Source: Cyanobacteria bacterium J06626_4 (GTDB lineage Bacteria > Cyanobacteriota > Cyanobacteriia > Phormidesmidales > Phormidesmidaceae). From it: a stretch of 18,836 nucleotides of DNA. The first letter of the stretch is position 1, and every line of letters starts with the position of its first letter. A model generated the notes under the pieces. That model saw nothing but the letters and a program-made list of their open reading frames with translations, did no database searches and was not told the DNA's origin. Positions 8,250 through 17,796 of this stretch are shown here, piece after piece. The translations under genes were made by a program, and so were the position numbers. The stretch covers positions 1 through 18,836 of the forward strand of contig JBCBJQ010000113.1 in NCBI GenBank assembly GCA_038523235.1, in the 5' to 3' direction.

Positions 8250-9788
8250 TCAAATCGTTGTCGTGGGAGTTTGCCGCGAGGTGGGGTCGCCCACCTTGCT
8301 GAAGTAGCCCCACTCCACCTGTTCTTCGTTCAGATCTGGATCGATGCCCGAGAAGACATCCTGGAACAGCGCTCGCAGCCCATGCCAGATATGGCCAAAG
8401 AACCAGACCAGGGCAAAGCAGGCATGGAAAAAGGCGAAGAAGCCGCGATTGCTGGTACGGATGGCACCGTCGGAGTTGTACACAGTGCGGTCAAACTCAA
8501 AGGGTTCGCCCAACTGCGCCTTACGCGCATATTCTTTGACCTTTTGCGGCTCCTTAAAGGTCTGCCCGTCGAGCTGACCACCGAAAAAGCTGACGGTGAC
8601 GCCCGTTTTTTCAAACCCGTATTTGGCCTCCGATCGCCGGAACGGAATATCAGCCCGGACGATACCTTCGCGATCAGTCAATATCACTGGGAAGTTTTCA
8701 AAGAAGTTGGGCATGCGCCTGACCTCTAGCTCCCGACCTTCTTTATCTTTAAAGACCGGATGGCCGAGCCAGCCAGTCGCGAGGCCATCGCCATCGACCA
8801 TGCGACCCACGCGGAACAGACCGCCTTTGGCCGGGCTATTGCCGACATAGTCGTAGAAGGCGAGCTTTTGCGGAATGGCCGACCAGGCGGCCTCTAGACT
8901 TTGACCGGCCGCTTCGGCAGCGTGGACTCGGCGATCGATTTCTTCGTGAAAGTAGCCCTTGTCCCACTGATAGCGGGTTGGCCCCCACAGCTCAATCGGG
9001 TTAGTCGCGGTGCCATACCACATGGTGCCGGCGGCGATAAAGCCCGCACCAAAGAAGACCGCCAGACCACTGGCCAGAGCCCCTTCGATATTCCCCATGC
9101 GGAGGGCTTTATAGAGGTATTCGGGCGGCCGCACCAGGATATGGAACAACCCGCCAATAATGGCCACAATGCCTGCTGCAATGTGGTGGGCCACCACGCC
9201 GCCGGGATTTTGCGGATTAAATCCGGCGGCTCCCCATTCGGGGGCAACGCTTTGCATATGGCCCGTCAGCCCATAGGGATCAGAGACCCACATGCCCGGG
9301 CCAAAGACCCCGGTTAAGTGGAAGGCCCCAAAACCAAAACACAGCAGCCCCGCCAGTAATAAATGAATGCCGAAGACTTTAGGCAAGTCGATGATGGGCT
9401 CATCGGTTTTGGGATCGAAAAATGTCGCAACATCCCAGTAAACCCAGTGCCAGCAGGCGGCGAGGAATTCTAGGCCAGAGAAGACAATGTGGGCGATCGC
9501 GACGGTTTCAAACGTCCAAAAGCCGGGGTCGGTGAAGGTCTCGCCGGTGACGCTCCAACCCTGCCAAGAGTTGGTGACGCCGAGGCGAGCCACAAAGGGC
9601 ATCAAAAAGCACCCTTGTCGCCACATGGGATTGAGGATCGGGTCAGTGGGATCAAAGCGGGCTAGCTCAAAGAGCAGCATGGAGCCAGCGAATCCGGCGC
9701 AGAGGGCGTTGTGCATAAGATGCACCGCCAGCAATCGGCCTGGATCGTTGAGGACAGAGGTGTGAACGCGGTACCAAGGCAGTCCCAT
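8250..9788 (-). CDS. psbB2: Photosystem II CP47, far-red paralog
   Basis: [62 protein letters not shown]. Divergent positions such as [10 protein letters not shown] and [15 protein letters not shown]. Cluster context supports the far-red paralog call. Confidence 0.95.
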   Translation of the reverse strand: MGLPWYRVHTSVLNDPGRLLAVHLMHNALCAGFAGSMLLFELARFDPTDPILNPMWRQGCFLMPFVARLGVTNSWQGWSVTGETFTDPGFWTFETVAIAHIVFSGLEFLAACWHWVYWDVATFFDPKTDEPIIDLPKVFGIHLLLAGLLCFGFGAFHLTGVFGPGMWVSDPYGLTGHMQSVAPEWGAAGFNPQNPGGVVAHHIAAGIVAIIGGLFHILVRPPEYLYKALRMGNIEGALASGLAVFFGAGFIAAGTMWYGTATNPIELWGPTRYQWDKGYFHEEIDRRVHAAEAAGQSLEAAWSAIPQKLAFYDYVGNSPAKGGLFRVGRMVDGDGLATGWLGHPVFKDKEGRELEVRRMPNFFENFPVILTDREGIVRADIPFRRSEAKYGFEKTGVTVSFFGGQLDGQTFKEPQKVKEYARKAQLGEPFEFDRTVYNSDGAIRTSNRGFFAFFHACFALVWFFGHIWHGLRALFQDVFSGIDPDLNEEQVEWGYFSKVGDPTSRQTPTTTI

Positions 9789-9854
9789 TAGGGTCTTCTC
9801 CTTGTATTAGGGTGGACATTCGGAAGGGGGTCGGAGGGGCGAGGCCAGCCCGAT

Positions 9855-9932
9855 ATGCAGGGGCGAGGCATTCTCGAAGTAACTGACTGGTTTTGACCCA
9901 GATATCTAATCGAGAATGCCTCGCCCGTACGG
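9855..9932. repeat. REP/REPIN-like inverted repeat element, copy 1
   Basis: Perfect 17-bp inverted repeat gggcgaggcattctcga (9861-9877) / tcgagaatgcctcgccc (9910-9926). The spacer gactggttttgacccagatat is nearly shared with the copy at 13573-13649. Confidence 0.8.
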
Positions 9933-11381
9933 CTAGCGTAGGCTGGGGTCGATCGGTGGCATCGACAGCACCGGCTCGTTCTCGCGATCGAGGCCGGTTT
10001 CAAAGCCAGCCGCCGTGGCGCGGGCGCGACCCGCGTGCCAGAGGTGCCCGACGAGGAAAAAGAAGGCAAAGATAAAGTGAGCCGTGGCCAACCAAGTTCG
10101 AGGTGAAACAAAGTTAAAGGCATTTGTTTCAGTGGCCAGCCCCGCGACGGAGTTAATAGAACCCAGCGGTGCATGAGTCATATACTCGGCCGCGCGGCGC
10201 AGTTGCCAGGGCTGAATATCGTGCTTGATTTTCTCGAGGTCGAGGCCGTTGGTACCCCGGAGCGGCTCTAGCCAGGGGGCGCGAGCATCCCAAAAGCGCA
10301 TCGTTTCACCGCCAAAGATGATTTCGCCGGTGGGCGATCGCTGCAGATATTTGCCGAGCCCGGTCGGTCCCTGGGCCGAGGCCACATCGGCTCCCAACCC
10401 TTGATCGCGGGCCAAAAACACTAAAGATTGCGCCTGCGAGGCCTCGGGAATGGTGGGGCCATAGAACACGCTGGGATAAGCCGTATTGTTAAACCAGATA
10501 AAGGCGGTAGCAATAAAGGCTTGACCAGCGACGTTACCCAAACTCTGAGAGAGATAGGTCTCGCCCGTCCAAGGAAAGAGGTTGTAGGTCCAGCGGAGAG
10601 GCGGCACGAGAATGTGCCAAATGCCGCCAATGACCAGCAGGCTGCCAATCCAAATATGACCGCCAATGACATCCTCTAAGTTATTGACGCTGACAATCCA
10701 ACCGCTACCGCCGGTCGGCAGGCGCAGCAGATAGCCAAAAATGACGCGGGGATCGAGGGTGGGGCTCGTAATCAGCCGCACGTCACCGCCGCCCGGTGCC
10801 CAGGGGTCATACAGACCGCCCCAAAACATCGCTTTGCAGACAAACAGCAGCGCAAAGATCCCCAGCATGAGGATATGAAAACCGAGAATTTGGGCCACTT
10901 TCGCCCGATCAGTCCAGTCAAACTCGAAAAAGCCCGAGAGCTTTTCGGGGCCTTGGATGGCATGATAAATGCCCCCAGCACCCAACACGGCAGAGCCGAT
11001 CAGGTGAGCGACGCCAATGGCGAAAAAGGGAAAGATGTCGGTGACTGCCCCGCCTTGACCGACCCCAAAGCCCAGGGTCGCAATGTGGGGCATGAGAATG
11101 CAGCCTTGCTCATACATGGGCTGCGACAGGTTGTAATGGGAGACCTCAAAGAGCAGCATGCCGCCCGCCCAAAAGGCAATTAGGCCGGCGTGGGCGATAT
11201 GCGCCCCGAGAAATCGCCCCGTCAGCTCAGAGGTAATAAATCGGGCATTACCGGCCCACCAGGCAAAACCGCTGGATTCTTCGTCGTAGCCAGCACTGGC
11301 GGGGGCAAAGATCGAGCCTTCCTCCACCAGCGGCTGACTCGACGGGGCCACACTCGGTATCGTTTCGATGGGTATTTCCAT
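9933..11381 (-). CDS. psbC2: Photosystem II CP43, far-red paralog
   Basis: [56 protein letters not shown] (Glu354/Arg357 equivalents), [23 protein letters not shown]. The full loop E is present, so it is not IsiA. Own ATG with GAGGAGG SD. Confidence 0.95.
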   Translation of the reverse strand: MEIPIETIPSVAPSSQPLVEEGSIFAPASAGYDEESSGFAWWAGNARFITSELTGRFLGAHIAHAGLIAFWAGGMLLFEVSHYNLSQPMYEQGCILMPHIATLGFGVGQGGAVTDIFPFFAIGVAHLIGSAVLGAGGIYHAIQGPEKLSGFFEFDWTDRAKVAQILGFHILMLGIFALLFVCKAMFWGGLYDPWAPGGGDVRLITSPTLDPRVIFGYLLRLPTGGSGWIVSVNNLEDVIGGHIWIGSLLVIGGIWHILVPPLRWTYNLFPWTGETYLSQSLGNVAGQAFIATAFIWFNNTAYPSVFYGPTIPEASQAQSLVFLARDQGLGADVASAQGPTGLGKYLQRSPTGEIIFGGETMRFWDARAPWLEPLRGTNGLDLEKIKHDIQPWQLRRAAEYMTHAPLGSINSVAGLATETNAFNFVSPRTWLATAHFIFAFFFLVGHLWHAGRARATAAGFETGLDRENEPVLSMPPIDPSLR

Positions 11382-11538
11382 CAGGGGTTAACCTCCTCAA
11401 AAACATCGGATTCGGTAGGGATGCGATCGGTGGAGACGCGGCGCGTGGGTGTGGTCAGGTTCGACGGGCGGTTAGATTGCGCCTCCACCGCGTAAACCAC
11501 GTCCAAATTGAAAGCTGGAGTTGTGCGGGCTGGGGAGA

Positions 11539-11628
11539 ACCTCACCTAACCTCTCCTTCTAAAGGAGAGGAAACAGAGTCTAGCTAAGCCTCTCCTTTAG
11601 TAAGGAGAGGTGCCGCAGGCGGTGAGGT
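11539..11628. repeat. Palindromic small dispersed repeat (double hairpin)
   Basis: Outer acctcacc/ggtgaggt arms enclosing two cctctcctt...aaggagagg hairpins. Confidence 0.75.
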
Positions 11629-11691
11629 AGCACCAGATGCCAAAACTCCACTTCTGCATCTGGATGAGGTTGAGAATCTATGGGCAGTGGG

Positions 11692-12750
11692 TTATTCACT
11701 GAAGCCCCGAGGCAGCACCTCTTCGGGGAAGACAAACTTCTTGGCGGGCTGATCCATCTCTGCCATCCAGGCCCGCACCCCTTCATTGAGCAAGACATTC
11801 TTGGTGTAGAAAGTCTCATATTCGGGGTCTTGCGCGGCGCGGCGCTCCTGACTAACAAAGTCATAGGCCCGCAAGTTGAACGACAAACCCACCATGCCAA
11901 TGGCGCTCATCCACAGTCCGGTGACCGGCACAAACAGCATGAAAAAGTGCAGCCAGCGCTTGTTGGAAAAGGCAATGCCAAAAATTTGTGACCAAAAGCG
12001 ATTGGCGGTCACCATGGAATAGGTCTCTTCGGCCTGGGTCGTGGCGAAGCCTTTGAAGGTGTTTTTGCCCGTTGAGTCTTTGAACAGGGTGTTTTGGACG
12101 GTGGCCCCGTGAATGGCACAGAGCAGGGCTGCCCCCAACACACCTGTGACCCCCATCATGTGAAAGGGATTGAGCGTGTAGTTGTGAAACCCTTGGAAAA
12201 ACAGTAAAAATCGGAAAATAGCGGTGACGCCAAAGCTGGGCGCAAAAAACCAGCTCGATTGACCCAAGGGATACATCAGAAACGTGGCGACAAACACGGC
12301 GATGGGTGCCGAAAAGGCGATCGCGTTATAGGGACGAATGCCGATCAGGCGAGCCACTTCGATTTGCCGCAGCATAAAGCCGATCAGGGCAAAGGCCCCG
12401 TGAAAGGCGGTGAAATTCCACAGGCCGCCGATTTGACACCAACGCACAAAGTCACCGTTGGCCTCCGGCCCCCACAGCAGTAAGAGCGAATGCCCCATGC
12501 TTTCGGCGGGGGTGGAGACGGCAACGGTCAAAAAGTTGCAGCCTTCGATATAAGAGCTGACTAAGCCGTGGCTATACCAAGAAGTGACAAAAGTGGTGCC
12601 GGTAAACCAGGCACCGATCGCCATGTAAGCGCAAGGAAACAGCAGTAGCCCTGACCAGCCCAGAAACACGAAGCGATCGCGCTTTAGCCAGTCATCGAGC
12701 TCAATTACCCAGCTTCGAGCTGGTTTTTGGGCTCCCATTGAAATTGTCAT
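11692..12750 (-). CDS. psbD3: Photosystem II D2 protein, far-red paralog
   Basis: [31 protein letters not shown] (TyrD present), [28 protein letters not shown] has Tyr where canonical D2 has Trp191, as in far-red D2. Confidence 0.95.
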   Translation of the reverse strand: MTISMGAQKPARSWVIELDDWLKRDRFVFLGWSGLLLFPCAYMAIGAWFTGTTFVTSWYSHGLVSSYIEGCNFLTVAVSTPAESMGHSLLLLWGPEANGDFVRWCQIGGLWNFTAFHGAFALIGFMLRQIEVARLIGIRPYNAIAFSAPIAVFVATFLMYPLGQSSWFFAPSFGVTAIFRFLLFFQGFHNYTLNPFHMMGVTGVLGAALLCAIHGATVQNTLFKDSTGKNTFKGFATTQAEETYSMVTANRFWSQIFGIAFSNKRWLHFFMLFVPVTGLWMSAIGMVGLSFNLRAYDFVSQERRAAQDPEYETFYTKNVLLNEGVRAWMAEMDQPAKKFVFPEEVLPRGFSE

Positions 12751-12827
12751 GGATACGTTCCTCGTCTATCTAAATAGGTTTGGTTAAAGGCCACTCAGCG
12801 GCCGGTCTCACCCCCGTGCCATGGCCC

Positions 12828-13361
12828 CTAGGCCACGGAATCGCTTTCGCCGGGGCCATCGTTCATGAAATAAGGCGTGCCGGGGAGCGCCAGTTCTTGA
12901 ATGATTTCGTCAAAGTAGGGAATGATCGCGGCAGCATCGGTGGCGTCGAGCTGGGCGATCGCCTCCGCCTTCAGACAGCGCATGTACTGCAAGATGTTGG
13001 TTAGGGGAATGCCGACGTTGGTGTACAACTCCTTCATGCCCACGAGACCAATTTCTCGCAAGGGGCGATCGTCGCCCGCCAGCAGGCAATAGCTAATCAA
13101 GCGCACGTACCACCCCATATCCCGCTTGGCGGCTGAGGTTTTACGACGGTTGCCGCTGTTGCTCGGCGTGCGGGGGCAAATGCGCCAAAACTGACGCGTG
13201 CCTCGCTCGACAATGGTTTCGGCCTTTTGCTCTAGGGTTTTGGCGAGCCGCACGCGCTCGGTGCCCGTTTTACAAAAGGTGCGAATCGTGCGCAGCTCGC
13301 CGGGGGTGGGATAACGCTGCTCTTCGTCGGCGTTAAGAATGACCTGTTTGACAATGCTCAT
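12828..13361 (-). CDS. apcD3: Far-red allophycocyanin alpha-type subunit ApcD3
   Basis: Phycobiliprotein alpha pattern (NAD.E.RYP.PGEL, RD.GWY.RLISY..LAG). The canonical bilin Cys is absent (TSAAKRD). C-terminal extension. Lies between apcE2 and psbD3. Confidence 0.88.
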   Translation of the reverse strand: MSIVKQVILNADEEQRYPTPGELRTIRTFCKTGTERVRLAKTLEQKAETIVERGTRQFWRICPRTPSNSGNRRKTSAAKRDMGWYVRLISYCLLAGDDRPLREIGLVGMKELYTNVGIPLTNILQYMRCLKAEAIAQLDATDAAAIIPYFDEIIQELALPGTPYFMNDGPGESDSVA

Positions 13362-13549
13362 GATTCTTCGGTTTCAGAAAGGGCGGTTTCAGCAACGGAG
13401 TAGATCCGCAGACCCCCGAACCAGCCGATATGAATGCGGTAGTCCAAGGGGTTACGGCTGCGGTGCAAGGGCTGCAGCCGGGTCTGCGGGGCTTCGACGT
13501 CCGGCTCAATGACAGACAAAGGCGCGGCGGGATGGGAATGAATGTGCAT
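13358..13549 (-). CDS. Hypothetical 63-aa protein with a D1-like IGWFG motif, overlapping the apcD3 start
   Basis: Same strand as the operon. Its TGA overlaps the apcD3 ATG (ATGA, 13361-13358). Contains RIHIGWFGGL. No clear SD, so the start is uncertain. Confidence 0.5.
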   Translation of the reverse strand: MHIHSHPAAPLSVIEPDVEAPQTRLQPLHRSRNPLDYRIHIGWFGGLRIYSVAETALSETEES

Positions 13550-13572
13550 GATCTTGCGGGAATAGAGGTCGA

Positions 13573-13649
13573 ATGCAGGGGCGAGGCAGGCTCGAAAAAC
13601 GGACTGGGTTTGACCCAGATATGGAACCGAGCTGGCCTCGCCCGTACGG
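13573..13649. repeat. REP/REPIN-like inverted repeat element, copy 2
   Basis: atgcaggggcgaggcaggctcg...gactgggtttgacccagatat...cgagctggcctcgcccgtacgg is homologous to 9855-9932. Confidence 0.8.
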
Positions 13650-13745
13650 GAGCAATAAGGGAGCGAGCAGGCCTCGCCCAGATGGAGAAAGGCCAGTATA
13701 AAGATCTCGTTGGCAGAGAATTGAGGGCCTCGCGAGGCAGCTCAT

Positions 13746-16124
13746 TTAGGCTGGATTGGTAGCAGTTTCTGGCTCCGAAGTAGTCGCGGCTACGTCGCCG
13801 TTGTTGACAGAACTGGGCGGCGGGTCTGGGGGGACGGCGGCCGGCGGTGGCGGCGGCGGGGGTGCTTGAACAGCGACAGCGGCAGCCGCAGCAACCGGCT
13901 CTGGACTGGCCGCAACCGTCCCTGCGCTTTGGTGACGGCCATTGTGGTGAGGCGCGGCGTAACCCTGGGCGATCGCGGTCTTGGCATAGGTTTGCATCCA
14001 TTCCCCCGCGATCGCCGGATTTTCTCGGGGTTTGAACCAGCCGCTGGGCCCTTGAGGCGAGCGCTGGGCATAGCCCTGCGGCGTCAGGTAGCGCTCGTAG
14101 GGCACGATCGTTTCACCAAAGACTGCCAGGTATTCGGCACTGTCGATCAGCTCATCGACCAAGGCATAAAAGCCTTGGCGGGCGCAGAGGTCGTAGTACC
14201 GGGCCATTTCGCGGCGATCGCGGGTCGGGCGACCCAGCAAGCGCCGGTGAATGTATTCGATCGCCTTGGTGATATAGAGCGTTTCCCAAGCGAGCTGGCG
14301 GAAGGGCCGCGATTTGGCCAACTGCCGCACAAATTCTCGCAGCGTAATATTGCCTGCCTTTAGTTGGGTTTCAGCCGTCTGCTGCCGCTGGCCAGCCCAC
14401 ACGGCTCGACCAAAGACCTGACGATAGGTCGCCTGAATCACTGCCTCGGGCGAGTGGTGGGTCAGACTAAAGCTGGTTTGGCGGGGCGACTCGCCCGAAG
14501 TGCTGCCGTTCAGTCCGTTCGGGGAGACGACCGCTTCCCACTGCAGCCGCTGATGATCGATGGCACCGGGAGCGCGACCGAGGTGGGCGGCCTGGCGATC
14601 GACCAGGCCATTGCCCACCCCGTTGCTGATCAAAATCCGACGGCTGTCTTCGCTAAAGTGCGCCGGCTGCGGCTGCGGATCGCGCGTTTCCTGCGGGAAG
14701 ATGGCGCCAAACTGAATCTCCAGCGGATCGTTGCCCGCCCCATAGGGATGCTGATTCGGCAGCGGTTGCTGATAGCTGCCAAAGGTCGTGACAAACTGCG
14801 GCACCTTGCGCACCGGCGCACTGTATTTCAACAGATCGAGTTGAGGACCCCAGTTGCGGCATTCCTGAGCCTCTCGCCCCAAACCGCGCAGGTAAGGTAC
14901 AGTCTCTTCGCCAAAGTAGTCGGCATATTCTTGCGAGTCGATAAAGGCATCCACCAAGGCCGGAAACCCGCCATCAGAGATGACGTCAAAGTACGTCTGA
15001 AACTCTTCTAGGCAGCTCAGCCCGCGACCCAGAAAGTGACGACAGGCCAGCTCAATACTGCGGCTGATGCTGTAGGGCTCGTAGTAAAGTTGCCGATACA
15101 GGCGCGATTTGCCCAACTGTCGAATGAACTCCTTCATCGTCCCTAAGTCGCTTTTGACCTGGGAGACGGGCGCTGCCAGCAGGGTGCCGTGGGTTTGGGT
15201 GACATCCCGCTCAAACACTTGGCGGCAGGCCGCTCGCACCACGTCATCTTTTTCGATGTCGGGCAAATCGGCTTTCATCACCCAGTGGGGCTGCAGGCTG
15301 GCACTATCGCGGTAGCTTTGGGGTAAGGGCAACCCCGCATGATGTTTAGAAACCCCCAGTCGCAACTGCGGATTGGGTTTCTCGACCTCATAGTCCTCAA
15401 TTAAGACATCAAAGTAGCGCCCCACCAGCGCGGCGGCTTGTCCCTTTTTGGGAAAATAGGTCAGCGCTTTCCACTGCATTTCGCGCAGGGCAACGACGGT
15501 GGCCAGGGTGACATCTTCAGGAATCACGCCCCGCAGGCCGCGCGTATTAACGCTAATAATGCTGGTATCGCCCGCCACGATCGCATAGGTGATGTAGCGT
15601 AAAAACCAGCTCAGGTCGCGCAGCGATCGCTTCATGCGTACCGGGCCGTAACGACCGATGTCGATCGTGCGAAAACGGCTGGGCGCAGCGGGTTTACCGC
15701 CCGCAATCAGCCCTTGAAACCATTCCAGCAGCGGGTTTGACTCGTCGATCAAACGCGGGCGATCGCGATTGCTGGCTCGCTCTTTTTGCTGCCGGGTCAC
15801 CGCCGAGAGATAGTCTTCAGCAATGAAGTAGTCAGAGCCCGGCAGGCCTAATGACTCCTCGGGCAGCTCTAAATAGGCCATCGAGTTGCCGCCCACAAAG
15901 ATGCGGTTGGCCCCCGCTGCCACGATGCGTTCAGCGTGCTTGGTCAGGGTTTGGGCAATAGCGAGTCGCTTCATCCCAGCACCAAAAAAAGCTAAGAGTT
16001 CTTGGCCTTCACCCCGGCTTAAATAGCGATCGCGCTGCATCGCTTCAGTGATGACGGCGGTCGGCACCGTGTGATACTGCTGGGGATGAACTACTGGACT
16101 GCCCCCGTTAATCCGATCAGTCAT
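13746..16124 (-). CDS. apcE2: Far-red phycobilisome core-membrane linker ApcE2
   Basis: Phycobilin domain with the GVIPEDV motif in place of the Cys-containing ENAC motif, the diagnostic FaRLiP marker. Two linker (REP) domains (RQVFERD...FGEETVPY and RQVFGR...FGETIVPYER). 792 aa. Confidence 0.96.
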   Translation of the reverse strand: MTDRINGGSPVVHPQQYHTVPTAVITEAMQRDRYLSRGEGQELLAFFGAGMKRLAIAQTLTKHAERIVAAGANRIFVGGNSMAYLELPEESLGLPGSDYFIAEDYLSAVTRQQKERASNRDRPRLIDESNPLLEWFQGLIAGGKPAAPSRFRTIDIGRYGPVRMKRSLRDLSWFLRYITYAIVAGDTSIISVNTRGLRGVIPEDVTLATVVALREMQWKALTYFPKKGQAAALVGRYFDVLIEDYEVEKPNPQLRLGVSKHHAGLPLPQSYRDSASLQPHWVMKADLPDIEKDDVVRAACRQVFERDVTQTHGTLLAAPVSQVKSDLGTMKEFIRQLGKSRLYRQLYYEPYSISRSIELACRHFLGRGLSCLEEFQTYFDVISDGGFPALVDAFIDSQEYADYFGEETVPYLRGLGREAQECRNWGPQLDLLKYSAPVRKVPQFVTTFGSYQQPLPNQHPYGAGNDPLEIQFGAIFPQETRDPQPQPAHFSEDSRRILISNGVGNGLVDRQAAHLGRAPGAIDHQRLQWEAVVSPNGLNGSTSGESPRQTSFSLTHHSPEAVIQATYRQVFGRAVWAGQRQQTAETQLKAGNITLREFVRQLAKSRPFRQLAWETLYITKAIEYIHRRLLGRPTRDRREMARYYDLCARQGFYALVDELIDSAEYLAVFGETIVPYERYLTPQGYAQRSPQGPSGWFKPRENPAIAGEWMQTYAKTAIAQGYAAPHHNGRHQSAGTVAASPEPVAAAAAVAVQAPPPPPPPAAVPPDPPPSSVNNGDVAATTSEPETATNPA

Positions 16125-16237
16125 GGTGTGTTCTAAACTCCGAATTAAAAATGTTGCTGAGAGAAACCAGATTTCTGATGAGGCCCGGTTGAGTCGCGGG
16201 TTTGATCAAAAATCCTGACGGTGAACCCTGACTCGCA

Positions 16238-16717
16238 TTAGCGTCTGAGCCCTTCAATCAAGTAGTCAAAATAGGGCGCGACTTCTGCCGCATCATCAAT
16301 GCTCAACAGGCTGAGGGCTACTTCTTTGAGACAGCCCATGCATTCCGCCACATTGTTGAGAGGAATTTCGAGCGAGGTGTACATTTCCTTGACCCCGCGC
16401 ACCCCACTGGCCTGCAGCGGGTCAATGTCGCCCACGACGACAGCATAGGAAATCAGGCGCAGAAACCAGCCCTGATCACGCAGACACGAAGCCTGAAACC
16501 GGGGATTATCGCTATTACTGGGCGTCAGGGGGCAGCGTTGCCAAAATCGCTGACTGCCTTGTTCCACAATGAGTTGAACGTTGCTAGTCAAGACGGAGGC
16601 AATGCGGAGGCGCTGTTTGCCAGCGTCAAAAAAGTGACTAATGGCCTCCAGTTCTCCCCGACTGAGATATCGCGCTTCGCGATCGGCATTGGCGATCGCT
16701 TGGGTAATGATGCTCAT
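16238..16717 (-). CDS. apcD2: Far-red allophycocyanin alpha-type subunit ApcD2
   Basis: Start MSIITQAIANADREARYL (ATG 16717, 159 aa), FWQRCP.TPSNS, ASCLRDQGW. Lies between apcB2 and apcE2. Confidence 0.88.
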   Translation of the reverse strand: MSIITQAIANADREARYLSRGELEAISHFFDAGKQRLRIASVLTSNVQLIVEQGSQRFWQRCPLTPSNSDNPRFQASCLRDQGWFLRLISYAVVVGDIDPLQASGVRGVKEMYTSLEIPLNNVAECMGCLKEVALSLLSIDDAAEVAPYFDYLIEGLRR

Positions 16718-16878
16718 GGCAAATCCTATTGTTATCAGGTTTTGAGTCAGAGGTATCGCCGTCGCCAGGGCCGTTAAGACCAGACGGCAAGTTACTCGAA
16801 TAGAGGGATGATGCGAGGAGACTGAGCCGCCAGGGCTCAAGCGATGAGGAGGCTCAGAAGAAGGCTAATACCGGCCAG

Positions 16879-16963
16879 AGAGGGAGAGCTCACAGACCGG
16901 CATCAACCATCAAAGTCAGGCGGGGAGCGCGATCGCTTTAAGAGGGAGAGCTCTCAAACCGGC
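16879..16963. repeat. 23-bp imperfect direct repeat in the apcB2-apcD2 spacer
   Basis: agagggagagctcacagaccggc (16879-16901) and agagggagagctctcaaaccggc (16941-16963), 21/23 identical. Confidence 0.7.
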
Positions 16964-17090
16964 CGGGGTAATCGACCTGCGCCAACAGCAATGAGGTGAC
17001 GAAGCCCAGGACTTCATGAACGCCTCACTTTGATCACCGGCCCCCTCACGAGACTGTTTGCCGAGCTGACTGACCCCATACAGTCAGTCT

Positions 17091-17576
17091 CTAGCTCAAC
17101 CCTGAACAGATATGGTCGAAATAGACGCCCATCTCTTGACCGGCCTCGGCGCCCAGCATTTCACTGGCGACCTCTTTCATGGACTGCACCGCTCGCACCG
17201 TCGCCCCAACGGGAACGCCCAAGGAGTTATAGGTTTCTTTCAAACCGTTGAGCACGCGCTCATTCAAAATGGACGGATCGCCTGCCAGCATGGCGTAGGT
17301 GGCATAACGCAAGAAATAGTCCATATCGCGAATGCAGGCCGCATAGCGGCGGCAGGTGTACATGTTGCCGCCCGGAGCCGTGATATCGGTATACAGCAAG
17401 GCTTTCGCAACTGTTTTGGTGACGATTTTGGAGGCATTGGCGCTCACCGACATGGCCGCGCGGGCGCGCAGATCACCACTGCGAAAATAGCTCTGCAGGT
17501 TATCTAACGAGCTATCGTCTAAATATTTGCCCTGCATGTCAGAAGTATTAATCAGGGTCGTAATAGCGTCTTGCAT
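17091..17576 (-). CDS. apcB2: Far-red allophycocyanin beta subunit ApcB2
   Basis: [51 protein letters not shown] 17576 with AAGGAG SD. 161 aa. Confidence 0.93.
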   Translation of the reverse strand: MQDAITTLINTSDMQGKYLDDSSLDNLQSYFRSGDLRARAAMSVSANASKIVTKTVAKALLYTDITAPGGNMYTCRRYAACIRDMDYFLRYATYAMLAGDPSILNERVLNGLKETYNSLGVPVGATVRAVQSMKEVASEMLGAEAGQEMGVYFDHICSGLS

Positions 17577-17645
17577 TAAAGATCTCCTTAGGTATTCAGA
17601 AAAAGGTTTGAGAGAGTGGCAGAGAGCAAAAGGTAGAAGGTCAGA

Positions 17646-17680
17646 GGTGCAAGGTGCAGGGTAAACGGTGCAGGGTAAAC
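17646..17680. repeat. Heptamer tandem repeat (STRR-like)
   Basis: ggtgcaa ggtgcag ggtaaac ggtgcag ggtaaac. Confidence 0.75.
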
Positions 17681-17796
17681 AGCTATGATTTAGCTCCCTG
17701 AACTCGAAGTCCTGAACCCAAAACCCATTCCCCAACTTGAAAGCAGCAGTTCGTTCTCGATGAAAGAGTGACAGTTCAACTCAAAACTGAGAACGC

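Larger units (their letters stand above)
2044..16936. repeat. Dispersed HIP1 octamers (GCGATCGC)
   Basis: Examples at 2044, 4244, 6476, 6603 and 16929, with many more in between. This is a hallmark of cyanobacterial DNA. Confidence 0.9.

Noticed and set aside
9933..11381. IsiA/IsiX or Pcb antenna protein
   Set aside because: The large loop E with GGETMRFWD is present and the length is that of CP43.
1258..17507. Many long plus-strand and alternate-frame ORFs overlapping the called genes (e.g. 1258-1893, 8238-8729, 13333-14001, 14364-15011, 17112-17507)
   Set aside because: These are shadow ORFs of GC-rich, codon-biased genes with no recognisable protein features.
16718..17735. Extended ORF-track N-termini of ApcD2 (from 16840) and ApcB2 (from 17735)
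   Set aside because: The canonical starts MSIITQ and MQDAIT have SD-like sequences and give normal lengths. The ApcB2 extension runs through tandem repeats.
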